A stretch of 64,000 nt of DNA from Perkinsus chesapeaki ATCC PRA-425 (taxonomy: Eukaryota; Protista; Perkinsozoa): NCBI GenBank assembly GCA_013115145.1, contig JAAPAO010000058.1, positions 34,994-98,993 of the forward strand, given 5' to 3'. Below, one piece after another: positions 39,231-50,003 of the stretch; within the stretch, counting starts at the first letter, position 1, and each line of letters begins with the position of its first letter. Made by a program: the position numbers and the translations under genes. The notes under the pieces are model-generated. The model did not search any database and was not told where the DNA came from. It worked only from the letters and a program-made list of their open reading frames with translations.

Positions 39231-39251
39231 CTAAGGCAGAGTCTGCCTTAG
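39231..39251. promoter_or_regulatory. 21-bp palindrome in a divergent intergenic region
   Basis: CTAAGGCAGA-G-TCTGCCTTAG, perfect 10-bp arms, between the KH/RRM gene and NCKX. The function is inferred only. Confidence 0.4.
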
Positions 39252-39354
39252 CATCATCCGGTAACGAGTGACTCGTTTGCAATAAGGTCATCTCATTTAC
39301 CTATCTCGACCGTATCTCCTCGACGACGGGTGACTCTATCACAACTGGTCTCGT

Positions 39355-40875
39355 ATGAAGTTCCCTCGGTTCAGTTGGATGAGGCTGCTCGTACCACTCC
39401 TATCCCATGCCATCCCACTAACCATCGCTTCCCAACAAGTCCACTCATCAGTGGACTTCTCAGCATGGGAGGCTCTGTCTCACCGTAAGTTGTCGGCTGG
39501 CGCTGGCGAATCCAGCTCCATTCTGGCTCTCGTATTTGGAGAGTGCCTGTGCACCGGAGCCCTCGATTGCAACACCGAGGTTGATGGGTCCAGCGTCATT
39601 CCCCCCGCTCTGGACCTCTTAATATCCTTCATCATCATGCTTTACATGTTCAAGCTCCTTGGGTCCATGTGTGATGAATACTTTGTCCAATCCTTGAGCA
39701 GCATCTCAGAGGCCCTCAATCTCTCCCCAGACGTCGCCGGTGCTACCTTCATGGCAGCTGGCTCCTCCGCGCCAGAGCTCTTCACCTCGGTTATGGCGAC
39801 GTTTTTAATCGTCAATGAAGGAGGCGTTGGTACCATTATCGGCTCTGCCATATTCAACATCCTTGTCATTGTCGGGGCCACCTGCTTGTTCGCGGGACAG
39901 GCCCTTAAGATTTGCTGGTATCCGTTGGCCCGGGACACTACCTTCTATGTGATAGCCATTGTGATGATGACACTGTTCCTCCTAGATGAGGAAATTGTTC
40001 TTTGGGAGTCCCTGCTGATGATTATCGGCTACGTCGGTTACTGCACCTACATGAAGTACAACGACTGGATTGCCGCCAAGCTCGGCGTTGAGAGGTCGAC
40101 GCCCGTCCTGGATTTCCACGACAGCGTCCCTCTTCCAGTCCTCCCTGTCGATGGTGGCACTGGTGGTCTCTCCGACGGACCACGCAGTGCGCCGTCATCA
40201 CGGAAGTCTTCGTTAGAGGCTCCGGTCGGTCATATGATGCGCAGAGCAAGCACACATTTCGGGGAGCTCAAGTTCAGGGCGAAGGTTCACACCGAGACCA
40301 CTCTCATCCAGGAGGCATCAGTCGAGGATAAAGAGGGGGAGGAGGAGCCGCGGCTGTATGACCCTATACTTGTTCTGTGGAGGAGGACCATGCCATCTGA
40401 CGACCACTATTGGCTGCTCTTCACTGCCTCTGTGCTTTGGATAGGCTTGCTGACCTACCTTATGGTAGATGCATGTAACAGGATAGGTTGCCTGTTGAAT
40501 CTGCCAGTCCTCGTAATGGGCCTGATATTCCTAGCAGCCGGCACCAGCGTGCCCGATGCCCTGGGCTCTATTGCGGTAGCACGCCACGGTGAAGGCGATA
40601 TGGCAGTATCGAATGCGATAGGCTCTAACGTCTTCGATATCATGCTTGGCTTGGGGGTGCCTTGGACACTTAAACTGGCGATGGGCAAGGAGGTACTCTT
40701 TCCGACCGCTAACGAAGAGCTTCCCCGCTATATTATAATATTGGTTATTGTATTGGCATTGTTCCTATTCTCTGTAACAGTTGCCAAATGTGTTTTGAAC
40801 CGTTTAATGGGGGTCTGCTTATTAGGACTGTACTGTTGCTATATCGTGTATGCCTTGGTTATGGCTGCTACCTAG
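39355..40875 (+). CDS. NCKX: K+-dependent Na+/Ca2+ exchanger (NCKX/SLC24), intronless
   Basis: alpha-1 repeat VAGATFMAAGSSAPELFTS, GTIIGSAIFNIL; alpha-2 repeat LAAGTSVPDA, MAVSNAIGSNVFDI. Confidence 0.95.
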   Translation: MKFPRFSWMRLLVPLLSHAIPLTIASQQVHSSVDFSAWEALSHRKLSAGAGESSSILALVFGECLCTGALDCNTEVDGSSVIPPALDLLISFIIMLYMFKLLGSMCDEYFVQSLSSISEALNLSPDVAGATFMAAGSSAPELFTSVMATFLIVNEGGVGTIIGSAIFNILVIVGATCLFAGQALKICWYPLARDTTFYVIAIVMMTLFLLDEEIVLWESLLMIIGYVGYCTYMKYNDWIAAKLGVERSTPVLDFHDSVPLPVLPVDGGTGGLSDGPRSAPSSRKSSLEAPVGHMMRRASTHFGELKFRAKVHTETTLIQEASVEDKEGEEEPRLYDPILVLWRRTMPSDDHYWLLFTASVLWIGLLTYLMVDACNRIGCLLNLPVLVMGLIFLAAGTSVPDALGSIAVARHGEGDMAVSNAIGSNVFDIMLGLGVPWTLKLAMGKEVLFPTANEELPRYIIILVIVLALFLFSVTVAKCVLNRLMGVCLLGLYCCYIVYALVMAAT

Positions 40876-41005
40876 ATTCGTATCCAGTTCATCATGTCAT
40901 TATTATCATGTCACTACCAGTGTGTTGTTGAGGGCCATGGCAGTTGCGTTAGTATCCTTTGGGGAGTGGAGGGGCATCATCAGGGTTGGAAGTCGAGAAC
41001 CGAAA

Positions 41006-43365
41006 ATGGAGGCAATGTTCAACATGGTTAACATGATCCCTAAACCGGGTTAAGATTCTTGAGAGGTTGATACGCTAACCTCTGGAATTTCAGCAATTCC
41101 TCATCTACCAACTATCGACCTCCACCACCTACCCAAGGAGCACACAAGCACGTGGAACGCTGATGGAGGTATACAACTGCCTACGCCGGTCCCGAAGCCC
41201 TCAGTGGGATCACCATACTGTGTAGGGTTCGATGATGAACTCGAGGATCACAGAGTTCACAGGTGTCAGATTCCCAGTAAGATCATCTGTAAACTTGGGC
41301 CGGCCGGTGAGATCCTCTTCTGTGCCAAGCACTGCATTGGCCGCTATGTCTATTCCCCTAAGCCATGTAAGCTTATCGACCTCAGAGGTGGCACTTGTCC
41401 CCCCTACAGGTCATTACGTGATGTCCCTGAGTCGAGTTTGCTGCCCGGGCCGAGGTGGGAAGCCTTCGTGCCTGCCAATAGCTGATCCACGCGTTAAGTT
41501 TGAAGGCACCAGCTCATGTGCTCCTCTGTTATATGATTCCATGTCTAAACATAGACCATCACTGCAACGTTGTCGTATCATCTTTCTATGGCTCTGACAC
41601 AGTTGCGTTGCTTAGTAGAGTTGGTCAGGCTAGCGGCTGTCGTTGAATCTTCAGCAATGCCAACTCGTACTATCCGTCAACAAAGCGTTGACTTCTCTGA
41701 CTATCCCTTCAAGGCTGGTGAGATAGTTTTCTGCAAAGACCGAGAAGAGTGAGCCATAATCGCTTGGGCATCCTTTACGTTGCCATGTATCAGTGTACTT
41801 GACGCCGATGGAAGAGTTATCGAGATGTATCCAGCTCGACCAGTTGTTCTCGTTAAAGAAGGTCACCGACGTGCCAACTCGTGGGAGGTGAGGCCTTCGC
41901 CGATTCATTTTGGACCGGTTGTGCCGAAGTCTACTTGTCTTAGTCAGTGATGACTGGCGTGCTGCCTGATTTCGTTGTCTAAGTCATGGTCGCTGTTTGT
42001 TCAAGGTGATGTTCTTCTCCCCTCATGAGAAGGCTGCCACTGAGGAAGTCCCCGCATCTTCTCTACTTCCATACGATGATGGTTACTCCAAGTTCGAGTC
42101 AGTGAGAGTGTGCAGTAACCCACGACCAGGGCACGAGAAAGTATGCATTGGAAAACTCTGCCACACCAGAACAGTCGTTGTTCAGATGTACATGGAAGCT
42201 GTCGGGTGCCAGGTCGATACGGCCTCAAGAGTTCACAAACACAAACAGCCCTTGCCAGCGGGGATGCAGAGTGTGCTTGATGCAGCCGCCACAGCTACTA
42301 GCGTACAGCAATTGCCTACATCTATGAAAGGACTCATCGACCGTAGGTCAAAGCGGAGGCTTCGAGCTCTCGAACACGTGTGAGAACGAGAAGTCGCAGC
42401 TCATCTCGCCGGACGGCCTCAGTCGGCAGTCCTGCCTCTCTTAAGGTAGGTCATGTTTTCCTTGCCCTCATGCTCACTCAAACCAATAGGGACGGGCTCG
42501 AAGTCCGGGAAGGCCAGCGGCTGGTAGTCGAGTTCAAACCCATGCACCTCCACTCGAACATCCGACAAGGCATTCCAGACGAACACATGAGAACCTCTCC
42601 CCTGGAGGCTTTTATAGAGCAACAATCACACGCATGCTGCCCGAGTCGGAAGTCTACATGCCAGAAGCGGGCTCAAAAGCGGTGAGTGAAATCTAATACT
42701 CTTGTAAGTGAGCAGCACCGTTTGCTTTCAGTTGCCAATCGATTCGAGCCCGAGTAGCTCCAGTGCTGTGGAGGAGTCGATAAAAAGTACCACCGAGGAG
42801 GGTACGTTGAGCCCTTCTCCGATGTGGAACGTGCGTTTATGAACATCAGTTACTTCCTCGCCACCTCCGGAGGACGTTGGAGCTCTCCAAGCCAAGGAGG
42901 CAGCACAGCTTGCTCAGTTGGCCCTGTACGAGCAGGCTGATCGTGTATGCAGTTAAACGTGTTATCCTGTCTTGCAAGTTGCTTTATCAGGCATATAACT
43001 TTTTGATAGAGGGCAGCGACCCAGAAGAATTCATCCAGAGACTTTTCGAAAGCGCCGCATTCGTGTTTGGAGGAGACGAGTCTGATGTGAACGACATGGG
43101 GTAGGCCGCAGTTTCCCCGCTTCCGTGATTAATCAATTCGCTATTTAGGATGATTTTGGCGGGCATAAGATTGGCCTTGAAAAGGATTGAGAAGTCCGAA
43201 GAGAAGTTTGATGTAGCCAACCTGCGACGGTTGAATCTCGCCTTATATCAAATCCTGCGGCCAGCTGGATTCGGCGACCTTCGAGGAGCCCCCAAGCTCT
43301 ACACTTGCGCAAATCTTTTACGGAGCATTATTAAAGATATGATTGCCGATGCCGACATGGGCTGA
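41006..43365 (+). CDS. Hypothetical multi-exon protein
   Basis: Series of GT-AG-bounded coding segments ending LLRSIIKDMIADADMG*. Segments 'FKAGEIVFCKD' and 'FKVMFFSPHE' are weakly PWWP/Tudor-like. Confidence 0.45.
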
Positions 43366-43588
43366 AGCTACAGTCTCGAGATCTCGCTGGGACTTGGGTT
43401 GAAAGTGTTCAGACACACGCTCGTGCAATCCTAATAAATTACGCGTTCGGAGTTCAGTTAATACAGAAGTCCAGGAACTGCTAAACTAAAGGCAGAGTAT
43501 GATGTCAAAGTACAGAAATGTTTTCCTGGGCCACAAGACACACAAAATTTTAGTCGACCTGTCATGTCAGTATTCATCGCTCTCTTCG

Positions 43589-46500
43589 CTACTGCTGCCG
43601 CTGCTCACTTGAGGAACCTATAGTCTATTACAAGCTCAATTCCCGTATGCAAGACCTCACCTTTTGCCTTGCCCTCGCAACAGCCGCACTTGCCTCGTCG
43701 CCGGTCAATAGGGGGAGCGGCGTGCTCTTCGTATATTTCTGCGCATTCTCGCTGAAACCTAAGGATAACAGAGTTCACGCAGCGGGAATGCAGCAAGATC
43801 GACTGACCTCCGATCTTGTGCACGCTGCGGCTCTCATCATCCGAGTTCACAAGAGGATCGAAGCTGAGAGGCTCCTTTCTGCTGGGCGAGTCAAGGCCGC
43901 CTATCAGTGGGCCGTCGACCATTAACTGTGCCACAGGAACCTGTGGACGAAGTATAGCTCAGCGACGCCTCTGGTGAAATCCGTCGAGCAGCAGTCTTTG
44001 AGGCAATACAACATTACTGGAACTTAGTTGGTAAACTTGAATTGGTGACAAGTAATGTAGTTTACCCTCGGTGCGTCCGTAGTAGCGCTGTTATGCGCCG
44101 GCGCGCTGAGCTGCAGGAGGTCGTCATCCGAGCCAGAATTGTCGCTCCGTTCATGGAAATCCTTAAAGTCGAGGGGCGGGCCTCGAAGGGCTGGCTCCTG
44201 CATTTCCAAGAGATCACCAAAGTCAGGTATCTGCTCGAAGAGAGCTTCACCAACAAGTCAGCCCTGCTTAACCCACGTTGTTGTTGGCGTCTGTATGTTC
44301 AGCTCTCCGAGAACCGTGCTTGTGGTGATGGCCCCGACCGTTAGACCGTCTTGCGCTTTCGGACGAGGAGCTACTTGGCGTCCGAGATGAACCAGATCGG
44401 TATCGATTCGTCTCACGGTGCGACGACTGAGAAGAGATAGAGCTCCTCATGAACAAGCAACTCCTCCGCCTAGACCACCGAGCACTCTGTGAAATAAAGC
44501 CGGGAATCTTTCCCTGGGGGTCCTCGAATCCACATGGTGCAGGCGCACCCTTCTTAACTTGGTACGTACATGTTTGGAGGATCGCTCGGATTCATCACTA
44601 GACCCATCATTCTTATCCTCTGACCTACGCCTCCTATGTCGTCTTCGACGCCGCCGACTATGTGAGCTTTTCTCCTAGCAAGGATACCATGAGCCTGTCA
44701 GTTACGCAGGGCAATGACGCATACCTTCCGCTTTTCCTTCATGGCGGCATTCATCTCATCCTTCAATCGCCGTCGTTCCTCTCGCTTTTCCATAACTCGT
44801 TTCTTGGTCTCCTTTAGTTTCTCAATACGCCTTAAATAGACAACCTTAACTCTTCACAACAAATAGTGCTCAAAATCCTTCGTGGGCTTTCCCTAGGCAA
44901 TACCATCCAGAGCAGAAAATGCGCGATATAAGTTGTATCACGTACAACGCTCAAAAGTGGGTAAGCATTGACGCATCTCATCCTATATTACTTAGTCGTG
45001 GTTGGCATCCGAACCTCCGTATGAGGCACGCCCTCCTCATCCTCCCCAGCAACATCACCTACACTCCGCCTCTTCTAGGTATCACCATTTAACTGGCCTA
45101 CTTTGGGAGCTAGCCTTACGACCTGCCCTTCCCATGGAGCTATGCTGTTGACCGATAAGGTAGTCCAATGCTGCCTGAGTATCGTTATTACAATGCCGCA
45201 GAGCCTTCCTTGCCGAGCTCTCTTCAAACCCTGAGCAACATGCAGTCGAGGACCGGCGAAAAGGTCGGTATACCTTGGCTCATCAGCGAGCACAGCGAGA
45301 GAGGGTCCACAGCTACAGCTGGTTCGGATGTGGGTGCCGATCCCTAAGAACGCTACTTCAATCTAGATGCTGTTAACAGTCATCGCACTGCATCGGTATC
45401 AGACTTATTCGTAATATCGGGCAACACGTTTCGACAAAGAGGATCGCTGCTGCCAGTAGCATGTACCGTAGTCGATATAGGAAGGGTCGAAAAATAGCCA
45501 TAAAACTCGACGAAGCCGAGTTGCTTTTCAAGTTCCCACGGCATCGTCTCCTCCGGGCGGGAAAAGTACGCAGGCATCCAATGGCTTACGTCCTTCTGCA
45601 TTTTATCCAGCAGGCGATCAGAAAATTTGCTCAGCGGACCGTGACGGCCACCACCGATGCCTGAAGGTGCTCCTACCAACGAGCTTGGGACACAGGGGCC
45701 CTCTCACCCCGGAGCTCATTCTCTGATGAGGTATTCTCATCACTGTCCTTATCACCCTCATCCAGATCCTCCTCCTAATAATCGATACAAATGGACATGT
45801 CACTCCACCCATAGAAAGCATACCTCCATTGAGAGCTGGATCTGTCGTTCTAAAAACTGAGGGGTCATCTCCACCATTGGCCGGAATTCCATCCTAATAA
45901 GAACGTCGGAGTAATAGGATAGTCCGAAAGTCATCACCTGGTAGGCAGGACGTTCGCCACAGCATGGGCTGAAGAGGCAAAGAACTCGTACTGTAAATAC
46001 CTGACAGTTCGAAGAGACATCACAAGATCTCCTATAGCCTAGAGCTGCTTCGAGTACTTGTACTTCCCTGCCTACTTTAGTGTTTGCAATGCGCTATCAA
46101 GGACGTCTCCTTTATACTCCTCTAATGTATACAGCCATTCAAAAACCTGCCCAACACTCCCAGAAGGCTCCCCTCTCCTCGTAGTACTTCTCTATCTATC
46201 TCCAAAAATTCCCTTTTAGAAATATCTCTAGCAGACTTGCAATCGTCATACTTCCTATCGCCTTGTCGTAGCCTTTTCGACTTACATTCGTCGAAGGCCT
46301 TATCAGCAGCTGTGAACTCCAGCAGCTTTCGCCTAAGCATACCGCGGTCCGCCCACTGCCAGCAACCTGGCCTACCTCCGAAGCTCTAAGGTCCCCTTTA
46401 AAGAGCGATTATTGATAAGATGAAGCCTGAGAGGATTCACTACGTTATACTCTATGTCCCTCTTCAGCTTGGCTAGACTGGAATGGGGGGCATCAGCTCT

Positions 46501-47021
46501 GAACAACTGTTGTTTAATACTGCTCGCAGCCCTATGCTTGGCTACCGTGCTATACTATTGGCAGCTTCCCGCATCTTCAATGTATCGGACGCTATCAATG
46601 GATCTTCCTGAAATGCAAGCGTCCTGCGGCAATCCGCTGTTCCTCTGGCCGTGCTGGGCTACTATGCGCAAAACCTGGTTCCGGTAACGCCTTTCTTGAG
46701 CCCTTCCAGCAGCAGGCGGCCACCCTGTATATCCCCTTTACTACCATTTTCCCCATCCCATTCACCATTGTCTCCGACAGCTGCATTATACCGGCACACA
46801 TGTTCTCACTCGAACGGATAAATACGTCCACTGACCGATAAATTTCCTGAGAGCAATGGCCACGAATGCTTAACGTACCGAGGCCTTACTTGCAAGGTGT
46901 TATCGAACTGAAGGAACTGACGAACTGTTCCCTCGAAAACGGGATCGACTGACTCCCCGAAAACGTATTTCTCCTTGAGAAGATTGAGTTCATTCTTGAG
47001 AGACGCTAGGGAATCCTCCAT
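43589..47021 (-). CDS. Hypothetical multi-exon protein with BAR-like helical N-terminus and Ser/Arg-rich C-terminus (possibly more than one gene)
   Basis: ATG at 47021 (MEDSLASLKNELNLLKEK). Amphipathic exons FEGTVRQFLQFDNTLQDVFIRSS, LLEFTAADKAFDECKSKRL..YDDCKSARD; later KE-rich and SR-rich exons. Confidence 0.45.
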
Positions 47022-47126
47022 ATCAAATCAAGCGCTATTCTGACACCTCTAGCTGATTGATGACTTCCGAACCAAAGGCAGGTTGATGACAGTATCCAAG
47101 TAGGAACGCTACTAATACGTTGTATA

Positions 47127-47807
47127 TTACACATAGTGTGGCATAACGGCCCTAACGACCGTATGGACTACTGCTAATTCAATTAATAGGATACACAATG
47201 GTGTTATGAGATCCATTGGTCTACTGTTAACCTTCCCTGAGGAGGAGGAGGACACATCCCTGCTATCGGCGGTTTCGTGAACGTATTCGGTATCTTCATA
47301 ACGTGGAGGAGGATTCCGCCTCGCGTACTGACTGGTGTAAAAGTTATAGAAGTCCTCTGGATCGGATGAGTAAAACTCATAGTACTGGTCTGGCCCCTCA
47401 GACCTATACACATAGGTGTGTCTGTTCCGTCCGCCATTATAAGCGAATCCGTTCTTGGCTTTATTAGCATTTCTACGTTGAGTGAGCTGCCGTATCCCGG
47501 CGTTCCTCGCAGAGTCATAGTCGGAACGCGTTTGATGATTGCTTAGCACTTCATAGGCCTCGTTGATCTGGGCGATCCTCTCCGTAGCGTGAGGCTCTGA
47601 GCTGACATCGGGATGATGCTTCTTCGCCAAGGCCTTGTATGAGTGCTTAATTTCAGCGGTACTGGCAAGTTGGTCCACGCCCAGTATCTGGTAGTAGTCG
47701 ACCATTGGGTTGAATTTGGTGTTGGGGGCGACAGCTGATACAAAATACTGTGATGGCGTGAGGGTAAGGGATATCAGAAATGCAAGAATACCATTCATAA
47801 GTGACAT
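47127..47807 (-). CDS. J-domain (DnaJ type III) protein with N-terminal hydrophobic signal and C-terminal TM
   Basis: DYYQILGV..IKHSYKALAKKHHPD..INEAYEVLS..RSDYD; hydrophobic N-terminus and C-terminal LITPLCILLIELAVV. Confidence 0.92.
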   Translation of the reverse strand: MSLMNGILAFLISLTLTPSQYFVSAVAPNTKFNPMVDYYQILGVDQLASTAEIKHSYKALAKKHHPDVSSEPHATERIAQINEAYEVLSNHQTRSDYDSARNAGIRQLTQRRNANKAKNGFAYNGGRNRHTYVYRSEGPDQYYEFYSSDPEDFYNFYTSQYARRNPPPRYEDTEYVHETADSRDVSSSSSGKVNSRPMDLITPLCILLIELAVVHTVVRAVMPHYV

Positions 47808-47939
47808 TAAGATGAGAAAAGTCGATTGATGATGCTGATCGTAGGTCGGATGATTCCGTTGAGGAATCTCAAGAGAAGCAAGTTGAGCAAGGTTCAGCGC
47901 ACTTTGCTACTGACACGAGACGCAGGTTGAATTTGGAGA

Positions 47940-49872
47940 ATGCCGCATGATAACGAAGGCCAGGCAGGCACCAACCCGGAGGATGCCGGCTTATCGGTCG
48001 ATATGGCACCTTATGGATATGAGTCAGTGAAATACATTGGGAAGTAAGAGCGTTTTAGTTGGCTTTTGACGTGTTATATTGTGCTGCTCTTTATGCCATG
48101 TATGCCATGTCAGGGGCCAGTATGCAAGCGCCTGTCTAGTTCACCCAGTTGGCAGTGACACACCGCTGCTTGTGGCCAAGTTGGTTAACCTTGACGTCTT
48201 AAACGAGCCTGATCGGCGACTAGCTGAGCAAGAGGTTGCACTTCTCCAACAGTTATCTCATCCTAATATAGTATCTTATCATACTCACTTCATAGTGGAT
48301 ACCCCTCACTCTATTCTGGGCATAATAATGGACTTTTGCGACATGGGAGACCTTCGCACTGCAGTAAAGCACAAACAGAAGGCCGGTGGACACTTCTCCG
48401 AGCGACATGTGATGACCTGGTTCACCCAATGCGCTCAAGCTCTAGACTATATCCATAGCAGAAAGATTCTTCACAGAGACCTCAAAACAAGCAATATCTT
48501 TCTCACACAAGAAGAGAGCAATGAGTTCCCCACTGTCAAACTAGGAGACTTCGGTATTAGCAGAGTCCTCGAGGGTACCATGGAGGCTTGCCTAACTGTT
48601 GTCGGCACCCCGTACTACATGAGCCCCGAGCTCTGCCGTAACGAGCCTTACAGCTTCAAATCGGACGTGTGGGCACTCGGGTGTGTGCTTTATGAGCTAT
48701 GTATGCTACAGCACGCGTTCCGAGCTGACTCCCTGTGGGGGCTCGTGTACAAAGTAGTTAGCGACAACTACGAGCCTATACCACCTGACGTCTACTCAGC
48801 GAGCCTCAACGATCTTATCAGACGTCTCCTATGCAAATCAGCTGATGAGAGGCCGTCAACTTCCGAGATACTAAGCGATTCGTATGTCCGTAGATTCATT
48901 GGGAACTCCCTTCAGCAGTCTGAGCCACCAACAGCAACTGAAGTACCTGTGGTGAAGGTGAGCTCACTCGGAGGCAAGGCTCGGCCTTTGAATAGTACAC
49001 CTTCTAGCCCGACCAAGAGCAGCAGCTCTATACCACCGCCACCGCCACCTCGAAGGTCTCTGGGTTTAGGAAAGACAATTCCTCCTCCTCCATCGCCTCA
49101 GCGTAGGGAAGGATCTCTCGGCTTGTCCAATACGTCAAGTATTGATGAATACTACAATATATGTATGATGCGAATTCGACGAGAGTTTATTGTGCGGAAG
49201 TTCAACTGGGTCCAGGCGTTCGCCAAGTTCGATAAGGATGGACAGGGAGCGCTCGAACCGAACGACTTCATGCAGGCCCTCCTCACCATGAATCTCAGCA
49301 TATCGATATCAGAGGCGGAGGTTGTGGCGACCGTCCTCGCCAAGTGTCAGGAAAGTTGCAGCTCATCTTCGCCTGTGACCGCCGGTCTGATACCTCTCCA
49401 TCGATTTCAAGCAGGCCTTCAGTCAGTGTCCCAAAGCAAAGTCATGGGACTAGAGCAGTGGGCCCGAGAGAGGCTCGCCGGGGTCTCAACTGAAGACCTA
49501 TTTGAGCGGTTTAAGGCGCTTGGGGCGCACAAGATGGGCGGCATTGTTGACCAGCAAGGCTTCGAGGAAGTTCTTATGAACGCATGCCCGGGCTTAAGCA
49601 CAACCGAGGCATCTAGGATCTACTGGCTGGCGCAGAAAAACCAAGCTGGGCAAGTAGACGTTAGTGACTTTGTGCAGCGCTATACACGGACGACCGCGGC
49701 GTCCGAGCCTATTCTACCGGCATCTCCGACAAGTCGGCAGTCTCAATTGGGGGCACCGCTGGTCCCTACGGGAGCTCCTCCCCTGCCGCCACCGATGCCC
49801 TCTGGTAAGACCTTAGACATGTCACGAACGGCATTTATAACGGCGAGGAGCGGAGGCTTCAATGCAACATGA
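47940..49872 (+). CDS. NIMA-related (NEK) Ser/Thr kinase with C-terminal EF-hand region
   Basis: Exon 1 gives YIGK|GQYA. HRDLKTSNIF, KLGDFGISRVL, GTPYYMSPELC..PYSFKSDVWALG are NEK-typical. EF-hand loop DKDGQGALEPND. Confidence 0.92.
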
Positions 49873-50003
49873 TACCGCGCCGATTCCGTTGGTATGGGAC
49901 CAGTTTGAACCATTGAACATGAAGATGTTACATTTGCTGTTCTTTTCTGTGAAAGGTTGTGTTCCGCATCAGTATGTAACCTCTAACGCAAAACACGATA
50001 CTT

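Noticed and set aside
39290-39354. Relict spliced leader upstream of intronless NCKX
   Set aside because: Only a 6-nt ACCGTA match to the SL start; not distinguishable from chance.
43564-43925. Plus-strand signal-peptide-like ORFs (MSVFIALFATAAAA, MQDLTFCLALATAALA)
   Set aside because: They overlap the spliced 3' exons of the minus-strand gene, which have consistent GT-AG joins; the first ORF stops after 19 codons.
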